A stretch of DNA of 64,000 nucleotides from Nitrosopumilaceae archaeon (lineage in GTDB: Archaea > Thermoproteota > Nitrososphaeria > Nitrososphaerales > Nitrosopumilaceae), in the NCBI GenBank assembly GCA_965200155.1, contig CBDATR010000010.1, positions 160,001 through 224,000 of the forward strand, read 5' to 3'. The position numbers and the translations under genes were made by a program. Position 1 is the first letter of the stretch; each line of letters begins with the position of its first letter. Under the pieces are notes generated by a model. It searched no databases. It saw only the letters and a list, made by a program, of their open reading frames with translations, and was not told where the DNA came from. Shown here one piece after another: positions 10,739-20,650 of the stretch.

Positions 10739-11100
10739 GTTGAAGTATCCAGGGTAGCCATGGCCCCATTGGGAATGGAGCGGCGCTGATCCCCGGATAT
10801 AACAACAAGGGGGATTCCCGATATGGCACACCCGCTGGCGACAGTGGTATCTGCCTTTTCGCAAAGCATGGCGGCCGGAGCTACACCGTGTGATTTAATG
10901 GAGTATATGGTGTATGCACCTACGCTGCTACCGGCCCCGTGAGGGAAGGACAGGATGTGTCCTGCCAGCGATATGTTGTATAGTGGGTGTTCTGTATCAG
11001 TGATTTTGCCGCTCTGCTTGTCTATCATGCCCAGAAAGTTTATGGGTGTATCAGTATGTAGTATATGACCTTGCGCCTTTCCGGATACCAGCACCTTCAT
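10720..11100 (-). CDS. Aconitase X small subunit (DUF126); probable phosphomevalonate dehydratase small subunit
   Basis: PINFLG.ID...G, GAGSSVG; overlaps the DUF521 gene. Confidence 0.85.
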   Translation of the reverse strand: MKVLVSGKAQGHILHTDTPINFLGMIDKQSGKITDTEHPLYNISLAGHILSFPHGAGSSVGAYTIYSIKSHGVAPAAMLCEKADTTVASGCAISGIPLVVISGDQRRSIPNGAMATLDTSTHTLSV

Positions 11101-12257
11101 GCTGAGTCATCCCGTATTATATTTCGCAGCGGCTTGAGACAGACTCCAATCTTGTTGGATTTGGACATGTAGTATGCCCCCTTGACACTGGAGGTTATGA
11201 CACTGTCTGTATCCGATGATGACAGTAATGGTGTGAGGCAGGCGCAACAGTCGGCCAATAGTTTACAGCCGGACCCCTCTAATGACTGGGCATATCCCAA
11301 GGAGATAGCTCTCTCTTTTACCGTTCTTGGACAGAAAATCATGCACTCTTTTTTGAATTTGCGACCTGCCATCATGCGTACGAGATCCTGAATTTCTGTC
11401 ATTCCCAGCTGGGGACTGCCCAGTATGATACGATCCCCGGACTCGGCAGTATTTAATGACTCCAATATTCTATTGGACTGATTCTTATCAAAGGAGACCG
11501 CATCAGAGCATTCATCGGGTTTGTCATTACCAAAGTCCAGACGGGCGCATGTTCCGGATGTACCGGCTCCCCCACATAATGCCTTGCAGCTTCGCCTGTC
11601 CCGGGGCATGCCGCCCCCCACGCGGGTGTAGTTCTCAGATATTTGCCCCGACATGTATCCTAATAGTCCCCAGTCCAGTTCGGTGGGATCATCAATGTCC
11701 ATGCGGATAAACGCGTCAGGCTGGGATTCCCCCCGCAGTGAGGTGTGGGGACTCTTGCCGGTCAGTGCGCTGGCCAGGGCGGTAAAGGCGCTCTCCTTGT
11801 TGGTTTTTAGGCCATCAAAAGTATTGGCATGAATGGCCGCATTACTCTCTGCCAGGGCAACCTGGGAATCCTGCGGCGGCATGTCAAATATGTCATACGG
11901 CACACATGAGAACGAGGTTACAACACCCATACGCCTGTACGACTCTCTTATGGATTCCTGTTTTTCTATGAAATTCTGGTCCAAGTCATACGAGCCAACA
12001 TGGTCCCGGTCATAACCCATGGGATTCAGGGTGGTCCAGACCCGTACCCGAGCCCTGTCCCGGATGGAACGAAGAAACTCCTCGCCCGCATCCCCTATTG
12101 TATTGTAGTTTACGCCGGAGAGGTGCACCCACTTAACGGGGATTAGTCTTGACGCGTCAGCTGCCTCCCCGGCAGACACCAAGACGCGATACGCCATCTG
12201 CATGATTTCGCCGTGCTCCCCCAATAGGGCCGCTTCCTCGTATTTGTCCAGTATCAT
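11097..12257 (-). CDS. Aconitase X catalytic subunit (DUF521); probable phosphomevalonate dehydratase large subunit
   Basis: HLSGVNY.TIG, TTLNP, SCVPY, ESNA, DCCAC. Confidence 0.88.
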   Translation of the reverse strand: MILDKYEEAALLGEHGEIMQMAYRVLVSAGEAADASRLIPVKWVHLSGVNYNTIGDAGEEFLRSIRDRARVRVWTTLNPMGYDRDHVGSYDLDQNFIEKQESIRESYRRMGVVTSFSCVPYDIFDMPPQDSQVALAESNAAIHANTFDGLKTNKESAFTALASALTGKSPHTSLRGESQPDAFIRMDIDDPTELDWGLLGYMSGQISENYTRVGGGMPRDRRSCKALCGGAGTSGTCARLDFGNDKPDECSDAVSFDKNQSNRILESLNTAESGDRIILGSPQLGMTEIQDLVRMMAGRKFKKECMIFCPRTVKERAISLGYAQSLEGSGCKLLADCCACLTPLLSSSDTDSVITSSVKGAYYMSKSNKIGVCLKPLRNIIRDDSA

Positions 12258-12300
12258 TATCTGGTTAATGGTTTTAACGCAGGAATATTATGTGTATAGG

Positions 12301-12963
12301 ATGGTGCAGGTCGCAATATCGCACATACTGAAAGGTATGAGAGATACCATGAACGCGGTGCATCCGCCCAGAATGACTGCCCTGCGGGAGTTGCATGATG
12401 CGGAGAATCGGGGCCCCTTTAGCATACTTATAGGAACCATACTTTCTGCCAGGACCCGAGACGAGAATACCGCCAAGGTAGTCCGTCGACTCTTCTCCAA
12501 GTATGAGACACCTGCCCAGCTGGCCGCGGCCAATGTATCGGATGTGGAGGAAGTCATACGATCAATAGGGTTCTATCGCGTAAAGGCAAGACGCATAATT
12601 GAGGTCGCATCAATAATAGCAAAAGTGTATGGCGGCATAGTCCCCGATGACATGGAGAGATTGACTAATCTGCCGGGAGTTGGTCGCAAGACCGCCAACT
12701 GTGTATTGGTATACGCCTTTGACAAACCGGCAATACCGGTGGACATACATGTGCATCGCATATCCAACCGTCTTGGCATTGTGGATACAAAGACACCCGA
12801 GCAGACAGAGACTACCCTGACAGATATCATACCAAAAGAATACTGGCTTCAGATAAATGATACCTTTGTTATGTACGGCCAGAATATCTGCAAGCCCATC
12901 TCACCCATGTGCGGGGTCTGCCAAATAAGGGATACGTGCGCGTATTTCAGGAGCGCCGCTTGA
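12301..12963 (+). CDS. nth: Endonuclease III
   Basis: HhH LPGVGRKTA, VDIHVHR, C-X6-C-X2-C-X5-C. Confidence 0.93.
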   Translation: MVQVAISHILKGMRDTMNAVHPPRMTALRELHDAENRGPFSILIGTILSARTRDENTAKVVRRLFSKYETPAQLAAANVSDVEEVIRSIGFYRVKARRIIEVASIIAKVYGGIVPDDMERLTNLPGVGRKTANCVLVYAFDKPAIPVDIHVHRISNRLGIVDTKTPEQTETTLTDIIPKEYWLQINDTFVMYGQNICKPISPMCGVCQIRDTCAYFRSAA

Positions 12964-13615
12964 AGATGAATAGCACGCCGACCAGTACACCCACCGCGGC
13001 AGTGACTATAAACGGGAATAGCGAGTATATGTTCTCTATGGGATTTCCAGAGATTATTTCCACTTGTAATAGACCGGAGTTGGTGGCGGGGGGATCACTG
13101 GAACTTAGCATTCCAAATATAGAGTACGAGCCTACAGTGAATGTACCCACATCCAGGTTGCTCACCACTATACGTTCACCATTATTTACCGTCAGCCCAC
13201 CCTGATCTGTATAAGATGCAATTACGCGGGTCTCGGGAAACCAGCCCCGGCCTAGGTTGTTATGTATAACTACATAGCCCTCCCTTGGTAGCTGTGCCGC
13301 CAGCCAGAAATTACGCTCAGGGTCGGCGCCCATTCCAATCTCTATGAATCGCTCAGAGTCGAAGGCATCATGTATGCGTAACACCGCGTTACCCAAGGGA
13401 TTAGCGTAGAGTATGTCGTTATTGATGGTAATCTGCCAGCTGCGCTCATGTACATTGTCCAGCGACGCGACAGATGCATCCCGACCCACCTGATTGAATT
13501 CGTACCAGGGTATCTGGAGCTCCTCAATCTTTAGTGACGGATTCTTGATATCCTGTGCAAGAGCAGGTGAAACAGTCAGGGCCAGTAATGCGGCCACAAC
13601 TATCAGGCTTGCCAT
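12947..13615 (-). CDS. Hypothetical exported protein with C-terminal membrane anchor
   Basis: Signal peptide; C-terminal TM followed by KRRS. Confidence 0.75.
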   Translation of the reverse strand: MASLIVVAALLALTVSPALAQDIKNPSLKIEELQIPWYEFNQVGRDASVASLDNVHERSWQITINNDILYANPLGNAVLRIHDAFDSERFIEIGMGADPERNFWLAAQLPREGYVVIHNNLGRGWFPETRVIASYTDQGGLTVNNGERIVVSNLDVGTFTVGSYSIFGMLSSSDPPATNSGLLQVEIISGNPIENIYSLFPFIVTAAVGVLVGVLFIFKRRS

Positions 13616-13647
13616 ACAGTATCATTACGACAAGGGATCATAAATGT

Positions 13648-13947
13648 CTAGTGGGAGACGGTCATTTTCACCAGATAGACATTTTGAGATCCGGTATCAA
13701 AGAGGGATATGCGCACTTCCCCGGCATTGCATTCGGTAAGGAATGGCAAGTATGCCCGCTGGTCGCTGGTCAGCAGATCACAGTCATTACTCTTGCAGAA
13801 AGATGCCAGTCTTGAGTCAGAACTGTCCCTGCCCGGACTGGGCGGTGTTCCCACGTAGAGTATTTGCTTGTATGAGAGATGGATTTTTTGCTCGTTCCTT
13901 TTTGCCCAGCCAATTATTTGATAGTCCACCAGTATTCTATCATTCAT
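13648..13947 (-). CDS. Small PIN-like hypothetical protein
   Basis: ILVD, SDSRLASF, LLTSD. Confidence 0.5.
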   Translation of the reverse strand: MNDRILVDYQIIGWAKRNEQKIHLSYKQILYVGTPPSPGRDSSDSRLASFCKSNDCDLLTSDQRAYLPFLTECNAGEVRISLFDTGSQNVYLVKMTVSH

Positions 13948-14020
13948 GGCGCGTTTTATGCTTCATTTTCATATATACATAATCGGTATGTTTAAAGAAT
14001 ATTCAAAAGAGATGATTTTC

Positions 14021-14095
14021 GGGTCCATAGTCTAGATCGGTTATGACGTCGCCCTTACACGGCGAAGATCCGGGGTTCAAATCCCCGTGGACCCA
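14021..14095 (+). tRNA. tRNA-Val(TAC)
   Basis: Acceptor gggtcca/tggaccc, anticodon loop cttacac, GTTCAAATC. Confidence 0.95.
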
Positions 14096-14453
14096 TATCA
14101 TTCCCTATGCATTAATTCCAGAACGTATGATGACATAGACTGCAAGCATGCGTAACCATCTGCCACAATACCAATCATATTTACACTTACAGAAATGGCC
14201 CATTCCCCCCATGGCGCGTCGCACCTGCTAACCGACAATTGTACGCGGCCAGGACAATTCTAACCCTAGATGGCAGCCATACATAATATGGCCAGATGGA
14301 GGCGCCGTACCCTTATGCATAAAGGCAGGGACATGAAAATTACGATACTGTTAAGTGAACCCACATGATAAACACTCAGGCTATGATGGTCCAAGCAATT
14401 ACTGAACCACATTCACGTCTCCAAGTCACGCGTATGACCAGAGGTGTGCGGGA

Positions 14454-15428
14454 ATGATGCCATTATACATCACCAAAAAGTATCTTACAGTCTCGTGTTT
14501 CGCCCTCATTTCCATGATTACGTTGGGAGCAGTATTTGGACTCACATATGATATTACCACGGACCCGTCATACGCATCATGGCTTGTTGTATCATACGTA
14601 GCAGGTCTTACCATGATAATATTGCCATGTACCCTGCCCTTGGTATTCATCATAGTTCCATTAAGCATGGGAAAGGGCAGGCACCGGGGCCCACTCATGG
14701 CAGTGCTGTTTGGAGTAGGACTCACTGTAACCATAACAATGTATGGCGCCGGGGTGGGACTACTAGGCGGCACCGTAGGTCTAGATACTGTCTCAACCTA
14801 CATGTTCGTTATTGCAGGTATGGCAGCGTTCATCTTCGGGCTCTCTCAGATAGGCCTGATTCGACTACGACTGCCGTCATACTCTGGAACACCAGGTTTC
14901 ATACACAAACGGGGCGACTATGCAAAGGCCCTGCTCATGGGACTGTTACTGGGCAATGCAGGTGTAGGTTGCCCAAATCCATTATTCTACTGGTTACTGA
15001 TATACGTGGCAGGATTGGGGAGTGTCGAGGCAGGTGCCGGGGTAGGCGTGGTTCATGGCATAGGTCGTGCCGTTCCCCTGATATTGATATCAGTATTAGC
15101 CATAATGGGAATAAATGCATCTCGAGGCTTGGCAACAAACCGAATCAGAATAGAGCAGATCAGTGGATGGATGCTCATAGTACTGGGCTCTTTCCTCATA
15201 ATAAATGGCATACCCGGTGGCCACCAGTGGTATGAAGATACAATAGTGCACACAGGATGGAATGGTATAGTAAATATGCTGTCGTTACCTACAGAGTTTC
15301 ACATGAAATCACACACACATGCCCAAGATTCATTTCTATCAATACCCGTACAGCTAGTTCCATCCCTGCTGGCCCTAATGATCGGGACACCCATAGTATG
15401 GCATTATGCTCGGAGGGCCCTATCATGA
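14454..15428 (+). CDS. CcdA/DsbD-type transmembrane protein
   Basis: ILPCTLPL and GCPNP membrane cysteines; multi-TM. Confidence 0.8.
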   Translation: MMPLYITKKYLTVSCFALISMITLGAVFGLTYDITTDPSYASWLVVSYVAGLTMIILPCTLPLVFIIVPLSMGKGRHRGPLMAVLFGVGLTVTITMYGAGVGLLGGTVGLDTVSTYMFVIAGMAAFIFGLSQIGLIRLRLPSYSGTPGFIHKRGDYAKALLMGLLLGNAGVGCPNPLFYWLLIYVAGLGSVEAGAGVGVVHGIGRAVPLILISVLAIMGINASRGLATNRIRIEQISGWMLIVLGSFLIINGIPGGHQWYEDTIVHTGWNGIVNMLSLPTEFHMKSHTHAQDSFLSIPVQLVPSLLALMIGTPIVWHYARRALS

Positions 15429-15556
15429 GAGACCCGGTCTGTGGTATGGATATAGAGGACGGAGACAGTATAACTTACAAAGGCAAGGAGTACAAATTCT
15501 GTTGCGCCACATGTAGATGGGCATTTGAGTCAAATCCTTCCGCATATATTGATTAA
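15425..15556 (+). CDS. YHS/TRASH metal-binding protein
   Basis: DPVCGM...YKFCCATC...F..NP. Confidence 0.85.
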   Translation: MRDPVCGMDIEDGDSITYKGKEYKFCCATCRWAFESNPSAYID

Positions 15557-15743
15557 TCTGTAAGGTAACCGCGACTCTGCCATGACAACAAGCTCGTCAC
15601 ATTGAATCAGCTCCCGCGAGTATTCCGGAATAGCCTCTCATCAATTCTGAAACATGCCAAGTCATAAGGCTCGCACGACCCCAACCATGCAGACACATAG
15701 TACAGCTATGAGTAGGGTGGCTGTCTCTGAGCAGACTTACCAT

Positions 15744-15834
15744 TATAGCGGTCACCATAAGTCCTTGGATGACAGATACATTTGTCACATACAATCCCTG
15801 TCTCACATGTCAAAGAATTATGGTGTTTGCTATA
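15744..15834. mobile_element. 91-bp MITE-2, sharing the TIR of the tnpB elements
   Basis: TATAGCGGTCACCATAAGTC ... GAATTATGGTGTTTGCTATA. Confidence 0.8.
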
Positions 15835-15847
15835 CGTGATTTGTATA

Positions 15848-16786
15848 TGTAATGTATGAAAAGTCGGTCCGCTAGTCATTGGCATCCCGCTCCACCCATT
15901 TTGTATAATTTGCTCTAATTGTCTGGGTCGCCTTTTTATTCCTGGAGTGGTGTTTCGCCGTTATCTATATCCAGTGAGACGTGCAACCTTCTCTCATTGT
16001 AGTAGTCCACATAATCCCGGAGACTGTCATATCTTGTCCTCAATCATTCCATGGAAGCGCTCCAGTTTGCCATTTGTCTGCGGGTGGCATGGTCTGGAAT
16101 TGATTAGTATGATGTCTTGATCCAGCAGTTCTTCCTAGAATAGTGTGGGTTTCCAGTTCTTTTTGCCCTTTTATTGTCCTACGAAACACGCGCCGTTATC
16201 CAAGATGCAGGGGCGCCGAATCGTTTCATTGCCGGTCTCAGTAATAGAGCGGCGTTCTCTGAGGTTGCATGCTCAAATAGTGCCGCCCCGACTATACACC
16301 TGGATGCATCATCTATGAGATTCAGTCCCCCTGAAGCGCTCATCTTTCATGACATGCCAGTGCCACATTGCATTGGAATATTTACGCTCATAGCGTACCC
16401 ACTCTGACTTTGCAGGTGATGATCCTGCCGTACCGTTCTTTTTCATTATGCGATATACTGCGCGATATATTGTAATTCTGTCTAAGCCTCTTTGCAATAC
16501 GTACTACTCCGGCGGGATCCTTGCTGTATGCTTCAGTTACCATTCGTATCTGGGTGGCGGTGATTGGTATCATAGGCCTGCCCATCTTTACTCGAGTCGT
16601 TCCCGTTCTCTGGTTCACAATCTTCGTACGTGTCTTGTTTCAGGTCTTGAGCTATTTTGGTGGCGGCAACACCTCTTTTGCGTTGTCTTACTATTGATTC
16701 CTCTGTTATTCTCTTTACCATCTGGCTTGTGCAATCTGAACTACTGTACGCCGGATCCTAAGCGGACTTACTTTTCGTACTATTGA
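15848..16786 (-). mobile_element. IS481-like element, copy 1 (degraded)
   Basis: HTH and integrase-core fragments (RYERKYSNAMWH, DASRCIVG, HPQTNGKLER); 16-bp TSD ATACGTGATTTGTATA. Confidence 0.85.
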
Positions 16787-16838
16787 ATACGTGATTTGTA
16801 TACACAAATCTTATATTTTAAACACTACTTTCTAATGC

Positions 16839-17090
16839 ATGGCACATGTCAGTACACCACAAGACATAGAGAAGGAATCTAGGCGTGTGATTGAAGCACT
16901 GTATGGTGATATTACAGATTTTCGCGTAAATGTATTCTTCCCTGTCCCCGAAAAAGGTACACGTGTAGCTTGGGACATACAAGTAAATTTTATGCTCAAT
17001 GATTTGAAATATACAGTAGACCTAGAGATCCAAGAGAAAGATGGTCAGGTGACCAATGCCCGTTTAATTGACACCATGACACCACTCTAG
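16839..17090 (+). CDS. Small hypothetical protein
   Basis: Clean ORF with an upstream TATA-like element. Confidence 0.7.
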   Translation: MAHVSTPQDIEKESRRVIEALYGDITDFRVNVFFPVPEKGTRVAWDIQVNFMLNDLKYTVDLEIQEKDGQVTNARLIDTMTPL

Positions 17091-17800
17091 AATGTCAGTG
17101 CAGTTATCTGGTATACAATAATAATTCCCAAAAGTATGCTCAGTGTACCGGCAGCATAGCGAACCATCTTTCGTATACGCTCGCTGGCCATGCCCAAGGA
17201 TGCACCCAAGAGACCCCCCAATGCGCACATTCCCGCGGCAGATCCTGCTCCAAATACCAACATGAACAGTATTACCATATCCAGATCTGCCAGTGTCGCA
17301 GAAGTTAATGCAACAAGCGCACCACTCCCGGCCAAGCCGTGCACCAGCCCTATAATGTACGAGCGATGTATGTGAGCGTGTCCCCCGTCCCGATGATCAT
17401 GCTTGTGCGAGTGAATAGTTCCATCAGAATGGGCATGAACATGCTCGTGGGTGAATCTGCCTTTGAGAATAGCCAGTATGCCCATTATAATTAACATCAA
17501 GCCCACGGCAAACTCCATCCACTCAAATATCCAGTTCTGTATGGCAGACGCTGCCACATATGCCAGCAAGCCAAAGCCCACCAAGGTAGTGGTATGACCG
17601 GCCCCCCAAACAGCTCCTGTCACAGATGATCGTGTAATCCCGGCCCAGACCTTCCGCAATCTTGATTTGGTATGCTGACTAGCCACAAGAGTACTTACTG
17701 CAGTCATATGATCCGGCTCAAATGCATGACTCAATCCCATACTGGCACCCAAGCTTAGCGCCAACGCAATGACATGACTGTCTGCCAGTATCGTATCCAC
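17087..17800 (-). CDS. High-affinity nickel transporter (UreH/NiCoT-like)
   Basis: HAFEPDH, WGAGH, His-rich loop, HGLAGS. Confidence 0.85.
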   Translation of the reverse strand: MDTILADSHVIALALSLGASMGLSHAFEPDHMTAVSTLVASQHTKSRLRKVWAGITRSSVTGAVWGAGHTTTLVGFGLLAYVAASAIQNWIFEWMEFAVGLMLIIMGILAILKGRFTHEHVHAHSDGTIHSHKHDHRDGGHAHIHRSYIIGLVHGLAGSGALVALTSATLADLDMVILFMLVFGAGSAAGMCALGGLLGASLGMASERIRKMVRYAAGTLSILLGIIIVYQITALTF

Positions 17801-17997
17801 GAAACAGTGACGCGCGTATGCTATAAAAAAAATCTTACATAATTCTACTCAGACAAACTTGTCCACAGGATTGCACTGGTAACCATGTACAGGTATCACT
17901 ATCTGTCGTGCAGATATGGATTAGATCATACCACTATTAATTGCCAGAGTAGTAGTGACCAAAAAACCAATTAATAAAACAAGAGCAGGCACCATAT

Positions 17998-19101
17998 ATG
18001 GTGGCAAAAAAAACAGCCATGTCAGGCTTTTATAAAAAGACGCCCGATGAACGTCTTCACATAGTAGAAGACTTTGCCAATCTACAAGAGCAGGATAGAA
18101 AAGCTCTGCGTGCAGGCCTGGATATCAAGGCGGCGGACAATCTAGTAGAGAATGCTGTGGGAACATTCACGCTGCCCCTAGGCGTGGCTACCAACTTTCG
18201 AATAAACAGTCGTGACTACATAATACCCATGGTTATCGAGGAACCCTCCGTAATAGCGGCCGCGTCCGCAGGAGCAAAATCTACTGACAATGTTGAGGTG
18301 ACAGTATCCCGGTCGCACGTAACCGGCCAGATACAAGTGCTGGACGTACAGACCGAAGCGGCGGACATTATAATGACCAGGAAGAGCGACATAATCGCTG
18401 CGGCCAAAGAGATACTCTCCAAGCACATGTCCATAGTAGAGATGCACAGCACGAATCTGGATACTACACCAAATATGATTAAGGTGGAAATTGTGATAGA
18501 TGCGGGCGAGGCAATGGGTGCCAATGCCATTAATACTTTATGCGAGGGCATAGCACCATTAATAGAGGAGATAACCGGTGGGCGCGTACTATTACGCATA
18601 CTCTCCAACGCCATGCCCCGTATGGCAAATGCCAGTGCGTACTTTGACGTAGAAGATCCTGTAGCAGAGGGCATACTAAACGCGTATAGATTTGCCGCCG
18701 CAGACAGACACCGCGCCGTAACCCACAACAAGGGAATAATGAACGGAGTGGTTGCTGTGGGGTTAGCCACCGGGCAGGATACACGCGCCCTAGAGGCAGC
18801 AGCCCACGCGTATGCAGCGGAGTCCGGTCGTTACAGTCCGCTTTCCAGCTGGGAGATATGTCAAGGCAGGCTATTGGGCAAGCTGAGCATCCCATTGGGC
18901 GTAGGTACCAGAGGGGGACTTACAACACACCATGCCACGGCGGCAGCGTGTCTCAAAATACTACAGAATCCCACGGCCGGGGATCTGGCGGGAATAATGG
19001 CCGCAGTTGGACTGTGTCAGAACTTTTCGGCGCTAAGGGCTCTTGCTACCGATGGCATTCAGAAGGGCCACATGAAGCTGCACAAGAGACGACTCACATA
19101 G
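17998..19101 (+). CDS. HMG-CoA reductase, class II
   Basis: ENAVG, EEPSV, AMGAN, HNKGIMNG, GIQKGHM. Confidence 0.92.
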   Translation: MVAKKTAMSGFYKKTPDERLHIVEDFANLQEQDRKALRAGLDIKAADNLVENAVGTFTLPLGVATNFRINSRDYIIPMVIEEPSVIAAASAGAKSTDNVEVTVSRSHVTGQIQVLDVQTEAADIIMTRKSDIIAAAKEILSKHMSIVEMHSTNLDTTPNMIKVEIVIDAGEAMGANAINTLCEGIAPLIEEITGGRVLLRILSNAMPRMANASAYFDVEDPVAEGILNAYRFAAADRHRAVTHNKGIMNGVVAVGLATGQDTRALEAAAHAYAAESGRYSPLSSWEICQGRLLGKLSIPLGVGTRGGLTTHHATAAACLKILQNPTAGDLAGIMAAVGLCQNFSALRALATDGIQKGHMKLHKRRLT

Positions 19102-19264
19102 TAGAAATTCTGTCCACGCCATATGTTTCTGCCACTACAATGGTGTGCCGGGAGAGTACTGGATTGGGCAAACAATACGACTTTACATACTGAAGACAGT
19201 ACATGATGTGCAGAATGAGCCGATCATAATATTTATCTAGTTTGGCTACCCTTACCCAAATGCA

Positions 19265-20380
19265 ATGGGAATGGAATTTTATGGCGATGACTATCGTGGC
19301 GCCGACGTGGCGCCTTTTGTGGGAATAAACACCTTCCTGCACCTGCCATGGGTAAAAAGCTATGATGAACTGAAGCGGGCAAAGCCGGATGTGGCCATTG
19401 TGGGAGAACCTTTCGATTTTGGCACAACCATCAGGCCGGGAGCAAGATACGGACCCAGAGCTCTGAGAGCGGCATCCACCATACCATCCCCCCCTTATGA
19501 GAGATTCAACATAGAGACCGGCGCTGATCCCTTTGGCACTTTCAGGACTGTAGATTATGGGGACGTGAATGTATCCCCGGGAGATGTTATAGAGTCACAC
19601 AAGCGAATGTCACAGAAAGTGAAGGAGGTCCTAGAGCAAGACGGCATTCCAGTCATGCTAGGCGGGGATCACTCCATAACATATGCCAACGTCCGCGCCT
19701 TTGCAAAAAAATACAAGAACATCGGAATGATTCACTTTGACACCCATGCAGATTGCGCACCTCAGGGGTTGACCGGATACAAGTATGATCATGGAGCCCA
19801 CATACGCCGCATAATGGAGATGGGCTGCCTCAGGGGTCGCAACTACTCCTTGGTCGGGCCCCGCGGGTATTGGCCCGGTCCGGACTTGTACAAGTGGATG
19901 TCAGATCAGGACTTTCAATGGTTTACTATGCTGGATGTAGAAGAGTTAGGCATAGATTACATCGCCAAGGAGATAGCTGATCGCGCAAATGACGGTACGG
20001 ATGCAGTTTATCTGAGCTGGGATATAGACTCTTTTGATCCCGCGTATGCACCGGGTACCGGCGAGCCGGAACCCAACGGACTCACTTCCAGGGAGGGAAT
20101 ACGCATGATCCGGTTACTCTCCAAGTCCTTTGATCCTGATCGGTTTGCCATGGACCTGGTGGAGGTTGCCCCCGCGTATGATGTCAGTGACAACAGCTCG
20201 TACAATGGCGGCATAACATCAGGTCTAGGCCAGAGATTGGTAGTGGAGCTTCTAGCAGGACTCTCGCTTACAAAGAGGGGATTGGATGAGGGAAGCCCTG
20301 TCCGTCCACGGGATTATCGAGGTACCGGTCACACATACAATTTTGGCAATCCACGCTCCACAATACCCAAACGGGAGTAG
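19265..20380 (+). CDS. Ureohydrolase (agmatinase/arginase family)
   Basis: GGDHS, DTHAD, DIDSFDP..APGTG. Confidence 0.9.
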   Translation: MGMEFYGDDYRGADVAPFVGINTFLHLPWVKSYDELKRAKPDVAIVGEPFDFGTTIRPGARYGPRALRAASTIPSPPYERFNIETGADPFGTFRTVDYGDVNVSPGDVIESHKRMSQKVKEVLEQDGIPVMLGGDHSITYANVRAFAKKYKNIGMIHFDTHADCAPQGLTGYKYDHGAHIRRIMEMGCLRGRNYSLVGPRGYWPGPDLYKWMSDQDFQWFTMLDVEELGIDYIAKEIADRANDGTDAVYLSWDIDSFDPAYAPGTGEPEPNGLTSREGIRMIRLLSKSFDPDRFAMDLVEVAPAYDVSDNSSYNGGITSGLGQRLVVELLAGLSLTKRGLDEGSPVRPRDYRGTGHTYNFGNPRSTIPKRE

Positions 20381-20442
20381 TAGTGGACCGCAAAAAGTCA
20401 GGGATCATGCATTCTACAAGATACGTGTTCCAAACCAATGTA

Positions 20443-20524
20443 GTATGAATTTACGCGATATGCCCAAATCACACTAGTCGCCAAGATCTGTTATGCGTAA
20501 ATTTGGACGTAGGCAAACCCGTAC
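20443..20524 (-). mobile_element. Highly diverged MITE-1 relative
   Basis: caaatcacac...gttatgcgtaaatttggac core; decayed TIRs. Confidence 0.55.
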
Positions 20525-20650
20525 AATTTATGGGTATGCTAATTATTTTAATAAAAAGTATTTAGAAGTGTAAAATCATTAATAAACATCTATGGAAATA
20601 GGAAAAAATAGTTTTAAAATACTTAAATTAAAGAGATATATTTACCATAT

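Noticed and set aside
14021-14095. tRNA-anchored integrated element at this or the other tRNAs
   Set aside because: No integrase and no duplicated tRNA 3' end seen in the window.
19265-20650. Guanidinase call with a guanidine riboswitch
   Set aside because: The loop reads PGTGEPEP, without the Trp I associate with guanidine hydrolases, and no riboswitch motif was recognisable.
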